Origin: Marsupella aquatica
Taxonomy: Eukaryota > Plantae > Marchantiophyta
Reading direction: 5' to 3'
Length of the DNA stretch: 64,000 bases
Assembly (NCBI GenBank): GCA_973895155.1
Contig: OZ316899.1
Location: 2,687,455 to 2,751,454 of the forward strand
Part shown: positions 38,545-51,322 of the stretch, one piece after another
How positions within the stretch are numbered: position 1 is the stretch's first letter
Layout of the letters: the number at the start of each line of letters is the position of its first letter
Program-made: the position numbers and the translations under genes
The notes under the pieces: generated by a model
The model's input: the letters and a program-made list of their open reading frames with translations, nothing else
Told to the model about the DNA's origin: nothing
Database searches by the model: none

Positions 38545-39370
38545 TAGCCCTAAAATCCTTTATTACTAAATATCCAGACGTTGGATAGGGATGATCCCTG
38601 TCCAAATAGTGGATAGGGTCACTATCCAAAATGGCAGATAAAGATCATCCTTGTCCAAACAACGGATAGGGATGATCCCTGTCCAAATGAAGGATAGGGT
38701 GATCCTTGTCCAAACAACAGATAGGGATGATCCCTGTCCAAATGGCGGATTAGGTGATCCTTGTCCAGGCAGCGCATAGGGATGATCCCTGTCCAAATGG
38801 CTGATATTGATGATCCCTGCCCAAACGGCGGAAAGGGATGATCCCTATCCAAATGGTGGATAGAGATGATCCCTGTTCAAATGGCGGATAGAGATGATCC
38901 CTGTACAAATGGCGGATATTGATGATCCCTGTCTACATGATGGATAGAGATGATCCCTGTCCAAATGGTGGATAGGGTTGATCCCTATCCAAATGGCGGA
39001 TAGAGATGATCCCTGCCCAAATGGCGGAAAATGGTGATCCATGTTCAAATGGTGGATAGAGATGATCCCTGTCCAAATGGCGGATAGAGATGATTCCTGT
39101 CCAAATGGTGGATAGAGATGATCCCTGTCCAAATGGCGGATAGAGATGATCCCTGTCCAAAAGGCCGATAGGGATCATCCTTGTCCAAGTGGAGGATAGG
39201 GATCATCTCTATCCAAAAAGCTGACATGGACAATCCAAGTATGTAGACGTGAATCTAAAGATAGTAAGATCCATGTCCAAATGGTGGATAGGGATGATCC
39301 CTATCCAAACAGCTGACAAGGACAATCCAATTATTTAAGTAAACTTGATCTCTAGACAATAAGATCCCTA
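38545..39370. repeat. 28-bp tandem array (atggcggatagagatgatccctgtccaa) between the transposase and the cargo gene
   Basis: About 20 degenerate copies of a quasi-palindrome GGATAGAGA-TGA-TCCCTGTCC. Confidence 0.9.
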
Positions 39371-40459
39371 TCCTGAGTTTCACTAGTCCAATCTTCTCAA
39401 TTCAACTAAATCAGACAACCCTAGGTATCTAATGATTTCAAAATTTGCAAATATCAATGGAATATTTTTCAATTCAAGAGTAATTAATTGAGAGTTACCT
39501 ATATTGGAAATGATTCTTCAACCCCAAAGTCACTTGATTTTATGCTATCATTTTACTAACTGTCAACCTAATGACTAAAATATAGTGTTGAAGGGTAGCT
39601 ATATGTAAGCTTGTTAACTAGATGCTTCCATAGTGTGGAAGGAACAAATTTTCTTGCGTATATCTAAAATAAAAGAGGAGAGGTTAAAACTGGATGTTTG
39701 GCGATTCTTTATAAATTCCAAAGTTTCTCAATAGAGCTCCGTAATAAACGGAGCTATTACGGAGCTTGTTGAGAGACTGAATGAAAATCTAAGAAGGAAA
39801 ATAACAATGAGGTGGCTCAAGGGGTTCTTATACCATTGTTCAAAAGGGATGGAGTGTAATTCTCGTTGTCAAAGATGAGGCAAAGCGATAAGGCGCAATC
39901 AACCTTCACCAGCGGCAGAGAATTAGGGCTTGAGGGCACGCAGCATGATAAAGGGGTGGGTTCGGCCTCACATTGTCGGCCTCACATCATTGGCCGTACA
40001 TTGTCAGCCTCGCCCTTGGGAGGGGGTAAAGGAGGCAAGAGGTCCTCTCTTGACCTCGTTCTTCATTTCTCCTCCTCCGCTTCTCCTCCTCCTCCACCGC
40101 TCCTCCTCCTCCGCTCTTGCTCCTGTTGTGCTTCCGCTCATCTCAATCCTCCGCTCCTCCTCCTCCTCCGCTCTTGCTCTTGTTGTGCTTTCGCTCCTCT
40201 TGTGCTTCCTCCTCCATTGCTACTCAGTCTCCACCGCCGCCACATTAGTTGCCCTAGATCTAACGCCCCTTGATCCGCCACGTGTCCAGATTGCCACGTG
40301 TTCAAATATGGAGTCAAGTAGACCTATTCAAGTGGACTTGACTACAGAGCCAACAGAGGAGACGGATCTCTCCTCCATTGCGGATGTGGTAGATACAGCC
40401 CTGGAGGATTCTAGAGCCTTTCAATTGCTCAACCCAAGTGAGTACCTGAAGTTTTAGGC

Positions 40460-41040
40460 ACTGGACAAAGATCATCCCTATCCAGTTGGATAGAGATGAT
40501 CTCTATCCAAGTAGAGGATAATGATAATTTCTATTAGTAATTCGATACGGATCATTCCCATCCTCTCTATGGATAGAGATCATCCCTGTCCAGTTGGATA
40601 GAGATGATCTCTATCCAAGCATAGGATAGTAAAGTTCAATAGAGATGTTAGTAATTCAATACAGATTGTTAACATTCTCTACCTTGATAGAGATCATCCC
40701 TGTCCAATTGGATAGAGATGATCTCTATCCAAGCATCAGCTAGTAAATTTTGATAGAGATGTTAGCAATTCAATACAGATCGTTAACATTCTCTACCTGG
40801 ATAGAAATCATCCTTGTCAAGTTGGATAGAGATGTTAGTAATTCAATAGTAATCCTTGTCCAGTTGGATAGAGATGATCTCTATCCAAGCAGAGGGTAGT
40901 GATGATTTGTATTAGTAATTGCATATAGATAATTCCAATCCTATGTTTGAAATCATCTCTGTCCAGTTGGATGGGGATGATCTCTATCCAAGGAAGGGAG
41001 AGTGACCTCTAGTCAAAATTGATAGAGATCATCTCTGTCC
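40460..41040. repeat. Intron-1 array (about 110-bp units) with the perfect palindrome TTGGATAGAGA-TGA-TCTCTATCCAA
   Basis: Exact copies at 40486-40510, 40594-40618, 40708-40732 and 40864-40888. Confidence 0.9.
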
Positions 41041-42729
41041 AAACTTATAGAGAACCCCAAATTTCCAGTGACAAAACTAATAATTATGCATGGTTGTGGC
41101 AATTGCAGGAAGTACTCTCAATGCATTGAAACCACCAATTTCAGAGGCAGATTGTTCTGAGGGAGTCTTGCTTGAGCAGAGCAACCCAAACTTCCGTTGG
41201 GGCCTTGAGTTCTCCAGAGTTGATTTTGATTATCTTAGCACAACAAAGAGACAAGAACCAGTGTTGTGCATAAAGGTCAGAATGTCAGAAGGAGAGACTC
41301 TTGTAATTGGACTTGTAGTCTTCGTTGGAATTGAAGGAAGAGGATTTGTTTCAGTCATTCTTGAGCTCCATGAAAGAATAAGGTGGGTTAAACTTCATCT
41401 CCCATCAAAGGCGTATTCCTCAGAGTTCAATATCAAGTGGTCTGCAGCTGGAGAACTTGGCATGTTGTCAATGGGATTTTTCCCAAAATCATATTCAGCT
41501 CAGAAAGTGATTGCAAGAGTGAAGGGGATTCTTCCACCCGACCTCATGTATGGGTTCCAATATGTGAAGCTAAATATCCATAAAAACCAAGGGAATTATA
41601 CAATGTCGGTGACATGGATTTTAAATAATCTGCTCGACAAGGCAGGTTTCCTATCTTCAGAGTTAAGTGTTTGGCTTGATAAGAGCATTGCATTTGATGA
41701 GGAGTTTGTGATGGATAATGCAAAAAAGTGGACAATTCACTACCCAAGCCGATGAATGTTCCACCGGTAGCGGTGAACAAGCTTCCACCTGTAGTTGTTA
41801 ACACGGAAGTTCCCAAGCCACCAAAAGTATCCCAGGAGACAACAGGGACCGCAAGAACAACAGCTGGGACCGCAGGAACAACAGTTGGGACAAGCACCAA
41901 AAGAGTGGTAGGGAGGCAAAGACAAGGAGAGAGCAAGGAGCACGAGAAAATTGAGACACTGCCAAAGGAACCCGAGAAGAAGCCAATAGGGAAGAAGAAA
42001 TAGAAGACTGACAAGTCTATCGTGCGGTCAACCCCTGCGGAAGTACAGATGCTCCCAGAAGATGAGGGAGACAAACTTGATGCCCGTGAGGAGAAGAAGG
42101 TCTTAGAAGGAAATGATGTTCTCCAGAGAATAGAGCAGTACTATACTTTTGGTATAAATGAACTGTTTTCTATTCCAGTGGAGAAAATTTTGCCTGCACC
42201 GGCAAGATTATGTTATAGGATGCTCAATAGTACCCATGTGAAGCACATAGCCAAATCCATGGTCAAAAACCTTGGACATGAACCTCATGTCGCGGACCTG
42301 CTTCCTTACAATCCGAAGCTTAGAAAGTTGCTCCATTTTGACAGCACGGAGAACGACTGCAAAGACTTTCTTGCAGGTGTGAAGAAAGGCGAGATTGGCT
42401 TCTTTGCCATCAGTGGGCAACATTCGGCTAGGGCGGCCAAGTGGGTTCTCAAATGGGCCAAAATTGATGCCAAGTTGATAGTATTGGCAAAAAAGTTAAA
42501 ATACAGGAAGTCTAGATTATTGTCAGACCTTACACCATCGGCTATATTGGTTGAGCACTCAATGAGATCAAATGCCATCAATTCAATGATGGTGTTTCAA
42601 AGATACAATTGTTCATGCAAGGAAACAATTCCTTGAATGCGGAGCACCAAGAAAGCCAAAGCACGGGGATAACAAGTCAAATGCCCAAGACAATCAGAAA
42701 TTTCAGGTGAGAAACGCTTTTCTTGTTTG

Positions 42730-43220
42730 GAGAGAGATGGTCTCTATCCAAGAGTATGACCGTCCGCTACATTGATTTTAGTTCAATATATTTTTGATTA
42801 TGACTTGGATGGAGATGGTCTCTGTCCAAGAGTGAGACCGTCCGTTTCAAAGATTTTACTTCATTCTACTTTTGGTTTTGACTTGGATGGAGATGGTCTC
42901 TGTCCAAGAGTGTCACCGTCTGTTCCAGAGATTTTTCTTCATTCTACTTTTGGTTTTGACTTGGATGGAGATGGTCTCTGTCCAAGACTGTCATCGTCCG
43001 TTCCATAGATTTCTCTTCATTCTACTTTTGGTTTTGACTTGGATGGAGATGGTCTCTGTCCAAGAGTGTCATCGTCCGTTCCATAGATTTATCTTCATTC
43101 TACTTTTGGTTTTGACTTGGATGGAGATGGTCTCTGTCCAAGAGTGTCATCGTCCTTTCCATAGATTTCTCTTCATTCTACTTTTGGTTTTGACTTGGAT
43201 GGAGATGGTCTCTATCCAAG
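42730..43220. repeat. Intron-2 array, 6 x 78 bp, each unit with TTGGATGGAGA-TGG-TCTCTGTCCAA
   Basis: gacttggatggagatggtctctgtccaag recurs with a 78-bp period from about 42802 to 43220. Confidence 0.9.
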
Positions 43221-43247
43221 AGTGTGAATTTTGGTTAATTTAGATAA

Positions 43248-43433
43248 TGTTAGAATATATTTAACCCTTAGCCCATATGATACAAAGAGGTATGCAATAC
43301 CTAGATATAAAGAGACACAAGACTAGGAAAGGGTAGTTACAACTACCCCAATGTACAACATATAATAAGCCACATTGGCTTAAGGGAATAATCAATCATC
43401 TTTGTTGGTGTATATACATTTCATAACTTAACA
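43248..43433 (+). repeat. Copia 5' LTR
   Basis: tgttagaata...cataacttaaca. Confidence 0.97.
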
Positions 43434-43591
43434 CGTTATCAGCACATGATTTTGCTCCTCCAACAACTCTCGAGCTACTCATAGGCCTCTTGTGAATTTC
43501 TTTTTTCTGTGAACGAAGCATCGAACGAAATTCCCCAAGACACATTTTTTCTTTTCTTTCGCCAAGTACACCACAAAAATTTTCATCGACT

Positions 43592-46500
43592 ATGACTACA
43601 TTGGAGAAGCTCCAATTCCCATTGCTCACAACAGATGGCGACAATTATTTATCTTGGGCACATAATACAAAAATTGTTCTCAACATGAAAGGCCTCGGCG
43701 ACATTATCTTAGCAGATATCAATGGCACATTACAACAAAAGGCTCAGGCACTATATATCATTCGCCATCACCTCGCTGCCGAACTACAACTTGAATACCT
43801 TACAGAGTTTAATCCTCGAGTCCTATGGGATGCTCTCAAATTGAGATTCGACCATCTGCGTCTAATTTCCCTACCAGATGCACGAAATGAATGGATTCAT
43901 TTACGAGTTCTAGACTACCCTACAATTGCGAAATTCAATAGCGCCTTATTTCGGATAACTGCTCAGCTAGCAGCCTGCGGCGAACCAATCGATGAAGCAG
44001 CAAAGATCGAAAAGACTCTTTCTACATTCTCGGCAGCGAACATGCAGTTATCACAGATTTATAGACAACGCCATTTCACCCAATTCTCAGATTTGATTGC
44101 AGTCATGCTCCTGGCTGAAAAGAATGACCTCCTCCTTCTGAGGAACTCTCGCGAGCGACCACCAGGCACGCTTCCTAAACCGGAAATACAATTCATGAAT
44201 ACCAATAGAGGTAATTCCTCTTACAATCGACCTCGTGGCCAATTTAAAGGCAATCCAAGTCGTTTTAATCAATTCCACAAGAGACAACATTTTCGCACAG
44301 ACAAAGGCAAAAACTTCAAGCCTCTCATGAATTCTTGGTATCGTAACCCCAACCATATGCCAAATAAACCTGCACAGAATTACCCCACAAATAATCAGCC
44401 CAAGTGTTTCCGTTGCGGTGGGATAGGGCATATCCAAAAGAATTGTAGAATTCAAGCTCACCTAGTCAAACTATACCAGGCCTCCCTCAAAACATCCAAC
44501 ACCTTAACAGCCGCACATCACTTGGAGATTGATGACGATCTCTCCAAATATACGCTTGCACCTCCCCCACCAGAGGTCCATATAATATCACATGGAGTAA
44601 ATGACACATCTCTCGCCGGTGCTGATATTTGCATTCTTGACAGCGGCACTTCTCACTCCATCCTAAAAGACAAATGTTATTTCCAGCACATATACCCATC
44701 AAATAGACCTGTGACTACTATCACAGGTATAAACCAATTAGAGGAAGGCCATGGACCTGCCCAACTTACCCTTCCTCAAGGCACAACCATTAAAATTGCA
44801 TCTGCCATATATGCCCCACTCGCGACACGAAACTTACTAAGTTTCCATGATGTCCGTCAAAACAATCTCCACATACGCTCTGCACCCAACAACCACAGAA
44901 ACTCTCTACAGATTTTTCGAGAAACTGATAATGGCCCCATCACAGTACTAGAGACATTACTACTCCATCCCCCCGGCGTTTATGCCACTAAGATCATGTC
45001 TTACAATTCCCAACGACAACAATTATCCCCAACAGAATTATGGCATATCCGCCTAGGCCACCCAGGCCCAGGGATGTACCATAAAATTATGAAGAACACC
45101 ATTGGCATACCAAAAGGAGTACACCCATCCACGAAGTTAGACACTTGCATCCCCTGTGCACAAGGCAAATTTATCACTCATCCAGCTTCCACTAAGAACA
45201 CCTATCAAATCCCTGACTTCCTCTCACAGATCAATGTGGACGTCTGCGGACCTATTGATCCACCGAGTGGACCATTTAGGTTTTTCCTAGTAATGATCTG
45301 CTCCTCAACCAAATGGTCCTCTGTTTCTTTAATTTCCACCAGAAACCTTGTCTTTGCCAGACTGCTAACACAGCTTATACGTCTTCGCACTCAATTCCCT
45401 GACTCTCCTACCAAAATAATTCGAATTGATAATGCTGGCGAATTTACATCACCAGCATTCGATGACTTCTGTCAAGTCCTGGGCATCACAATTCAATACT
45501 CAGTACCATATGTACATTTCCAGAATGGTACTGCAGAGGCATTAATAAAACGTTTACAGATGATCTCAAGACCTATGCTATTACAGACACAACTCCCACT
45601 TACAGCCTGGGGACATGCTATACTCCATGGCGCTGCACTAGTGCGATATAGACCATCGGCTTTTAATATTTACACACCACACCAACTAGCATATGGCTCT
45701 ATACCAGATATTACACACCTGAAAGTGTTTGGCTGCCTTGTTCTGGTACCCATTCTTGGCCCCAAGCACACCAAGATGGGACCACAGCGTCGACGTGGCA
45801 TCTATATTGGCTACGACTCTCCCTCGATAATAAGGTATCTCGAACCCACCACTGCTGATGTGTTTCGAGCTCGATACCAGGACTGTAAATTCTGTGAAGA
45901 CACCTTCCCAACACTTCTAACTCCAGCACAACTCTCCAAACAGCCTGTCTCAACACACACATTAGACTGGACAACAAAGGATCCATTCTAGAATGATCCT
46001 CGTACTCAATTGACAAACGATGAAGTGAAACGCATTCTGAACCTCCATCAAATTATGGAGAAAATACCTGACGCATTTAATGATGCTACAAATGTAACAA
46101 AATCACATATAGATGCAGCCAATACTCCTGCGAGAATTCATATACCAGATACTCGAGCCACAGACCTCGCTCCCAAGGCTAAGCGAGGCAGACCTTCAGG
46201 TTCCAAAGACTCTAGACCACGGCAGAAGACACCTGTATCAACACATTTATCCTTACAATTACCGCCAATTATACAAGATGACAATGAAGAAATATCCATC
46301 CACTATATGCATACTGGACATTTATGGCATCGAAATTTAACTGAACCAGATGAGCATTTTGCTTTTCTTATATCCCAGGATATAACTAAAGATTTACCAG
46401 AACCCCGGACAATTAAAGAAGCACAACAACGACCAGACTGGCCCAAATGGAAATCTGCTATTAACTCCGAACTTGATTCTCTGATATCTCGCCAAGTTTT

Positions 46501-48267
46501 TGGAGAACTCCGAATCATCCCTGCTGCACAACACCTAACTGGGTATAGGATTATATTGATACGCAAACATAATGCCGCAGGTGAAGTAATCCGCTATAAA
46601 GCCAGACTCGTGGCTAGAGGCTACACGCAAATATATGGCAAAGATTACGACCTTACTCATTCACCGGTCATGGACTCCATTACCTACCGATATCTGATTG
46701 CTTTTCCCTCACACATCAAATTCGTATGCATCTAATGGACGTGGTAACTGCTTACCTTTACGGTATACTTGATACTGACATACAAATGCAAGCTCCACCT
46801 GAATTAATTCAGAGGGTAATTTTCCACATTAAGGGGGAGCATACAACCTCCCCAACCCCGGACCTAAAGTCGGGTATTGATAAGATTGTCCCTACACAGG
46901 ACTTTAAGGACCATCTCATTCACTCAGGCCAGATGATACCTACTGAAATACATGACTCATCAGCGGTCCAAAATAAAAAGGCCCAGCAAATTGCTAGTGG
47001 TGAACAGTCAGCGGATTCACCATTGAATTATACTGACTTACTCGCTGAGGTAAATCCTGTTCACCACAGAATCAATAAAGCCAAGAAATCAGAGAAAGCA
47101 TTTGCTGTACAGGTTCTTAGGTCACTCTATGGTTTAAAGCAGAGTGGCCGCATCTGGTATAAACGTTTCCGTGCAGAGATGCTTGCACTTGGTTTTGTGA
47201 ATGAGGACATTGCCCCTTGCCTTTTTATCAAAAGACATGGCACTGAATTTATAATCATAGCCATATATGTCGACGATATTAACCTAATGGGTACTAAACT
47301 CATTATGGATCAAACCATTACCACACTTAAGAGCATATTTGAAATGAAGGATATTGGTCAACCCCTATTCTGTATTGGCATTCAATTTGAACATTTATCC
47401 AGCGGTATTCTTATTCATCAATCTACATATACCAGAAAACTATTAAAACAATTCAACATGGACAAAAGCTATCCAGTCACGACACCTATGGAAATTCGAT
47501 CTTCAGACACATCCAGAGATCTGTATAAGCGCAGGACCGAACACGAACCAATCTTAGGCCCAGAGAAACCTTACCTCTCTGCTATAGGAGCCTTGATGTA
47601 CCTGGCGAATCAAACTCGCCCAGACATCTCTTTCGCTGTCCACTTGCTTGCTCGACACAGCTCCCAACCGACTATTAGACATTGGAATGGCATTAAGAGG
47701 ATACTGCGCTACCTTCAAGGTACAATCGATACTGGCCTCTATTACCCTAAAGATGTGCCTAATGAATTGATTGGTTACGCAGATGCAGGTTACCTTACAG
47801 ACCCCGATGATGCGAAATCCCAGACGGGATATGTATTTCTACAAGGACATACAGCCATATCATGGAAAAGTACCAAGCAAACTTTGACGACCACATCCTC
47901 CAACCATGCGGAAATCATAGCACTATACGAAGCTAGCCGAGAATGCCTGTGGCTTCGACAGCTTATCAATCATATCCAGTCGTCTACAGGCCATGCAATT
48001 CTTACCAAGCCTACTATCATCTACGAGGATAACAACCCTTGTGTTGATCAGATAGTTAAGGGCTTCATCAAGGGCGATCGAATCAAACATATTGCCCCCA
48101 AATTTTTCCACACGCATGAACAACACGGGGACCAAATCAACGTTCAATGGATACCTTCTAAAGATAATCGCGCTGACCTTTTTACAAAGCCCTTACCTCG
48201 CATTCTCCACGAAGCGCATTCGATTGGAATAGGACTCCGTAGATTATCGGACTTCACTGCAATCTGA
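43592..48267 (+). pseudogene. Copia gag-PR-INT-RT-RH polyprotein with one stop (45989-45991) and one frameshift (about 46715)
   Basis: DGDNYLSW; CFRCGGIGHIQKNC; ILDSGTSH; LWHIRLGHPG; IRIDNAGEF; KMGPQRRRGIYIGYDSPSIIRYLEP; YKARLVARG; YVDDINL; GYADAGY; IIYEDN. Confidence 0.95.
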
Positions 48268-48576
48268 CTTTTCCACCTCTTCCACGATACCTCCTCTGTT
48301 CTATGCATATTCTACTGAACGTATGTTCTCCATACTCGAACATTTCGACACATCCTATCAAACACTCGTTTAGATTTAGCCATACATGATTACACTCCTT
48401 TCTTACTAGTTTTAACTCATTACATGTAAGGTAGTGACACTCTTTTTACCCCAGAAGAAAGCAGGGGGTTTTTAATGAGGTCATACCCCAATGAGTTTTT
48501 CCATTATACTCAGAACTAGACTTAAATTTATTTCCTAAATGGTTACTTTAAGAAACATAAAGTAACCAAGGGGGAG

Positions 48577-48762
48577 TGTTAGAATATATTTAACCCTTAG
48601 CCCATATGATACAAAGAGGTATGCAATACCTAGATATAAAGAGACACAAGACTAGGAAAGGGTAGTTACAACTACCCCAATGTACAACATATAATAAGCC
48701 ACATTGGCTTAAGGGAATAATCAATCATCTTTGTTGGTGTATATACATTTCATAACTTAACA
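48577..48762 (+). repeat. Copia 3' LTR
   Basis: Matches the 5' LTR base for base by eye. Confidence 0.97.
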
Positions 48763-51322
48763 GATAAATCTATGGAACATTCCCCCCAATTTTTGATTGC
48801 AGGATTATTTGGCATTGGCCAGGATGACCATGGGGAGAAAAGACTTGAAAAATGTTTACTAGTTGCTTTTTGCCGAGAATGATTTTTGAGTTATGGCGGT
48901 TAGTGTGCCAAATGTGGATTGACGGAAATCTTCCCGATGGAGCTGGTACACAAGGAAACAAAAGGTCCGAAAATGCGATAACGGTTGCAATGTTTCATTG
49001 TTTTGATGGCGAAATCTCAAATAGAGATTTGACCAGAATTTTGAACAAGGTGAAGTCAGGTCAAGATTTATTGAAGAAGGATCCGACAAATAAGTCAGAT
49101 GTTCCAGCGATAGAGGAGTTTGCAAAGGAGGTGAAGATATTGATCAAATTGAAGTCTGTTATTGGAGATTACTACTTCAAGAAGGATCCAAATAACTTCC
49201 CAGCAGACACTCAATGGGTTAAAGTAATTGAGGTCCTCCCATTGTTAGGTGCCAAGTCGGAGTTGAACAGGTGCCGAAGAGCGGCTGGTGAAGTATGGTT
49301 GACAAATTTATTGAAGTCTAATCATACAAAGGAGAGTGAGATATTGCCAATGACATTGGTGATGCGTCTAGATGATATTTACTGTCAGAAGTTTGGCGGT
49401 GGGACAAGTTCTCGGACTCAGCCATGGGTCACATTTTTTAGTAACAACCTAATGAAGACAGTGGATCCGGAGTCGTTGGAAGAACAATCTCCAACATGCC
49501 CTCTTGTGATTGTTGATTTCAGCCGACTTCAACAGAAGGAGTGGATTGAAGCAGAAATTGTGGTCCTCTTCCAATATATAGTAGAGCTACCACGGAATCC
49601 CACCATCGTTGTGATGATAACTGTCCATCCGGGTTATCTTGTACTGAATGTCCTAAGCGCTCTTTGTAAATTAGGACATTCAAGAACTTTGAGCATTCAC
49701 ATTGAGTATGGGAGTTATTATCAAGATGATCAACCTCACCCTCATGACTCATGTTGGAAGGGAGGAATAGAAGAAGTTATCTTTGCCAAAATTTCTCGCA
49801 AACAAAACGTCAGTTGGGATGAAGTGTTCAAGCCCAACCAAATGAAGCCAAAATGGGTGTATGGTGAAGAGGATACTGATTTTGTGGTCGAGAAGATCAA
49901 AAGGAATGGAACGGCAAAGGGAAAGGACACGGACGAGGAGTCAATGAATGAAGATCTACGAAATGTGGTGACCCCAGAAGAGGCGGCAATACTTCTGCAC
50001 ATGGCACCTCAATTTGAGACTGTTGGGGCTCGTAGTGGATGGGTGAATCCTCATGCCAAACCCATCCCAATGATCCAAAAGATCATCAAACATTATCCAA
50101 ACCAAGGGATTTGATTCTTGACTTTTTCTCTAGTGGTCAAGTGATGAAGACATCCCTTTTTTCTCAACGTGAATGTTTTGTTTGTTGTGACTCTCAACAT
50201 GAGAGACATTTTGTGGAAGCATACGCTTCGTTCCTTTTTGAGAGGGTTCCCACCATCAAAGATCGTTATGATCGCTATAATGTCGGTGGAAGTTTTAGAC
50301 ATTGGGAACCCTCTTCTGCCGCTGTTGCTGTTGATGATGAATCAAATGGTGATCAAGAAGATGGAGCTGACCAATCAGTCAAAGGGGATGGGCCATCAGA
50401 GGGGGCATATGTGAAGAATTTGGATGACCGAGTTGGCGAGGGTGAAAATATTGACCCTGTGGAAGACGATATGATTGTTGGATTTGCACCTTGTAGTTCA
50501 CCAATTACAGATGTTGCCCCCATGGGCCCCAACGAGGGCCAGGTTGATGATAACTTGGATAGAGATGGTCTCCATCCACAAGTGCCTGGACAAGAGATGG
50601 AGAAGATGAGAGAATCAGAAGTTGATACATTTGAGAAATTTTCTTCAAACAACCTTCTCAATCAAGGTGCAGAGAGGCATGGTGAGTCCAATGAACTTGA
50701 CACATTGGGATTGAGACCAGAGACCATCCAAGTACCTGACATTCCCGTGAATGAAGCAAGTGCATCCACGACTGCTGACAACCAGGCAGGTGCTTCAATT
50801 TGTCCTGATACACTCTTTTTTGCTTCTGATGGCAAATTAGTGTTTGTTCGGTCACAATCAAGAAGTCCTGTTATCCTTCCACTCTCAAAAAAGAAAGGGA
50901 AGAGAGTAGGATCAACGGGATATAAGTCACTTGAATATGATTGTCGATGTTACGTGTGGAAAAGTGGACCAGATGTAGGAACCAAAGTACCGTTGGATGC
51001 TGCTCAATCAATTTTGAACAATGACTCGTACAAAAAGCAAAAAGAGATCCAGCTTATAGAAGCAAAGAATTGGGATTGATAACTCCAGTTTGATCTGCAC
51101 CTTATTGAGAGTACCTCTGATGTCAACTATGAGATCCAACAGGAGCTTGGTGATGATATCTTGATTGATGAATATGGATCTCATTGTTAGCCAAGGGCTT
51201 ACTAAGATTTAGCCATGTGATCTTATCAATTTGATATAATCTTAATAGTCTGTATAATTATACTTCAAGCCTAACAATTAGAGCATCAGTATCAATATCC
51301 ATTTCCTCTTTACGGTTTCTCA

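Larger units (their letters stand above)
43248..48762 (+). mobile_element. Full-length Ty1/copia retrotransposon, Bianca-like lineage
   Basis: 186-bp TG..CA LTRs at 43248-43433 and 48577-48762, identical by eye. TSD GATAA at 43243-43247 and 48763-48767. Half-tRNA-type PBS cgttatcagcac at 43434. PPT aagggggag at 48568-48576. Confidence 0.97.
40308..51079 (+). pseudogene. Sola1-like cargo gene: ParB/Srx-like domain plus beta-class N4C/N6A DNA methyltransferase-like fold. Exons about 40308-40437, 41109-42706 and 48803-51079; copia in intron 2
   Basis: FSIPVEKILPAPARLCYRMLNSTHVKHIAKSM...FFAISGQHSARAA (42165-42440); PLVIVDFS (motif IV position, about 49500); VNPHAKPIPMIQKIIKHYPNQG/DLILDFFSSGQVMKTSLFSQRECF (50045-50180, 1-bp frameshift). 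Multiple stops and frameshifts. Confidence 0.65.

Noticed and set aside
39866-40273. Leu/Pro/Ser-rich ORFs
   Set aside because: A low-complexity (CCT)n leader upstream of the ATG at 40308.
38545-43243. CRISPR-like appearance of the palindromic arrays, and ORFs 38566-39233 and 42772-43243
   Set aside because: No unique spacers and no cas genes, in a eukaryotic context. The ORFs are translations of tandem repeats.
23262-51079. Bacterial or prophage contamination as the source of the ParB-MTase genes
   Set aside because: Both have spliceosomal introns and sit within TIR/TSD-bounded eukaryotic transposons.
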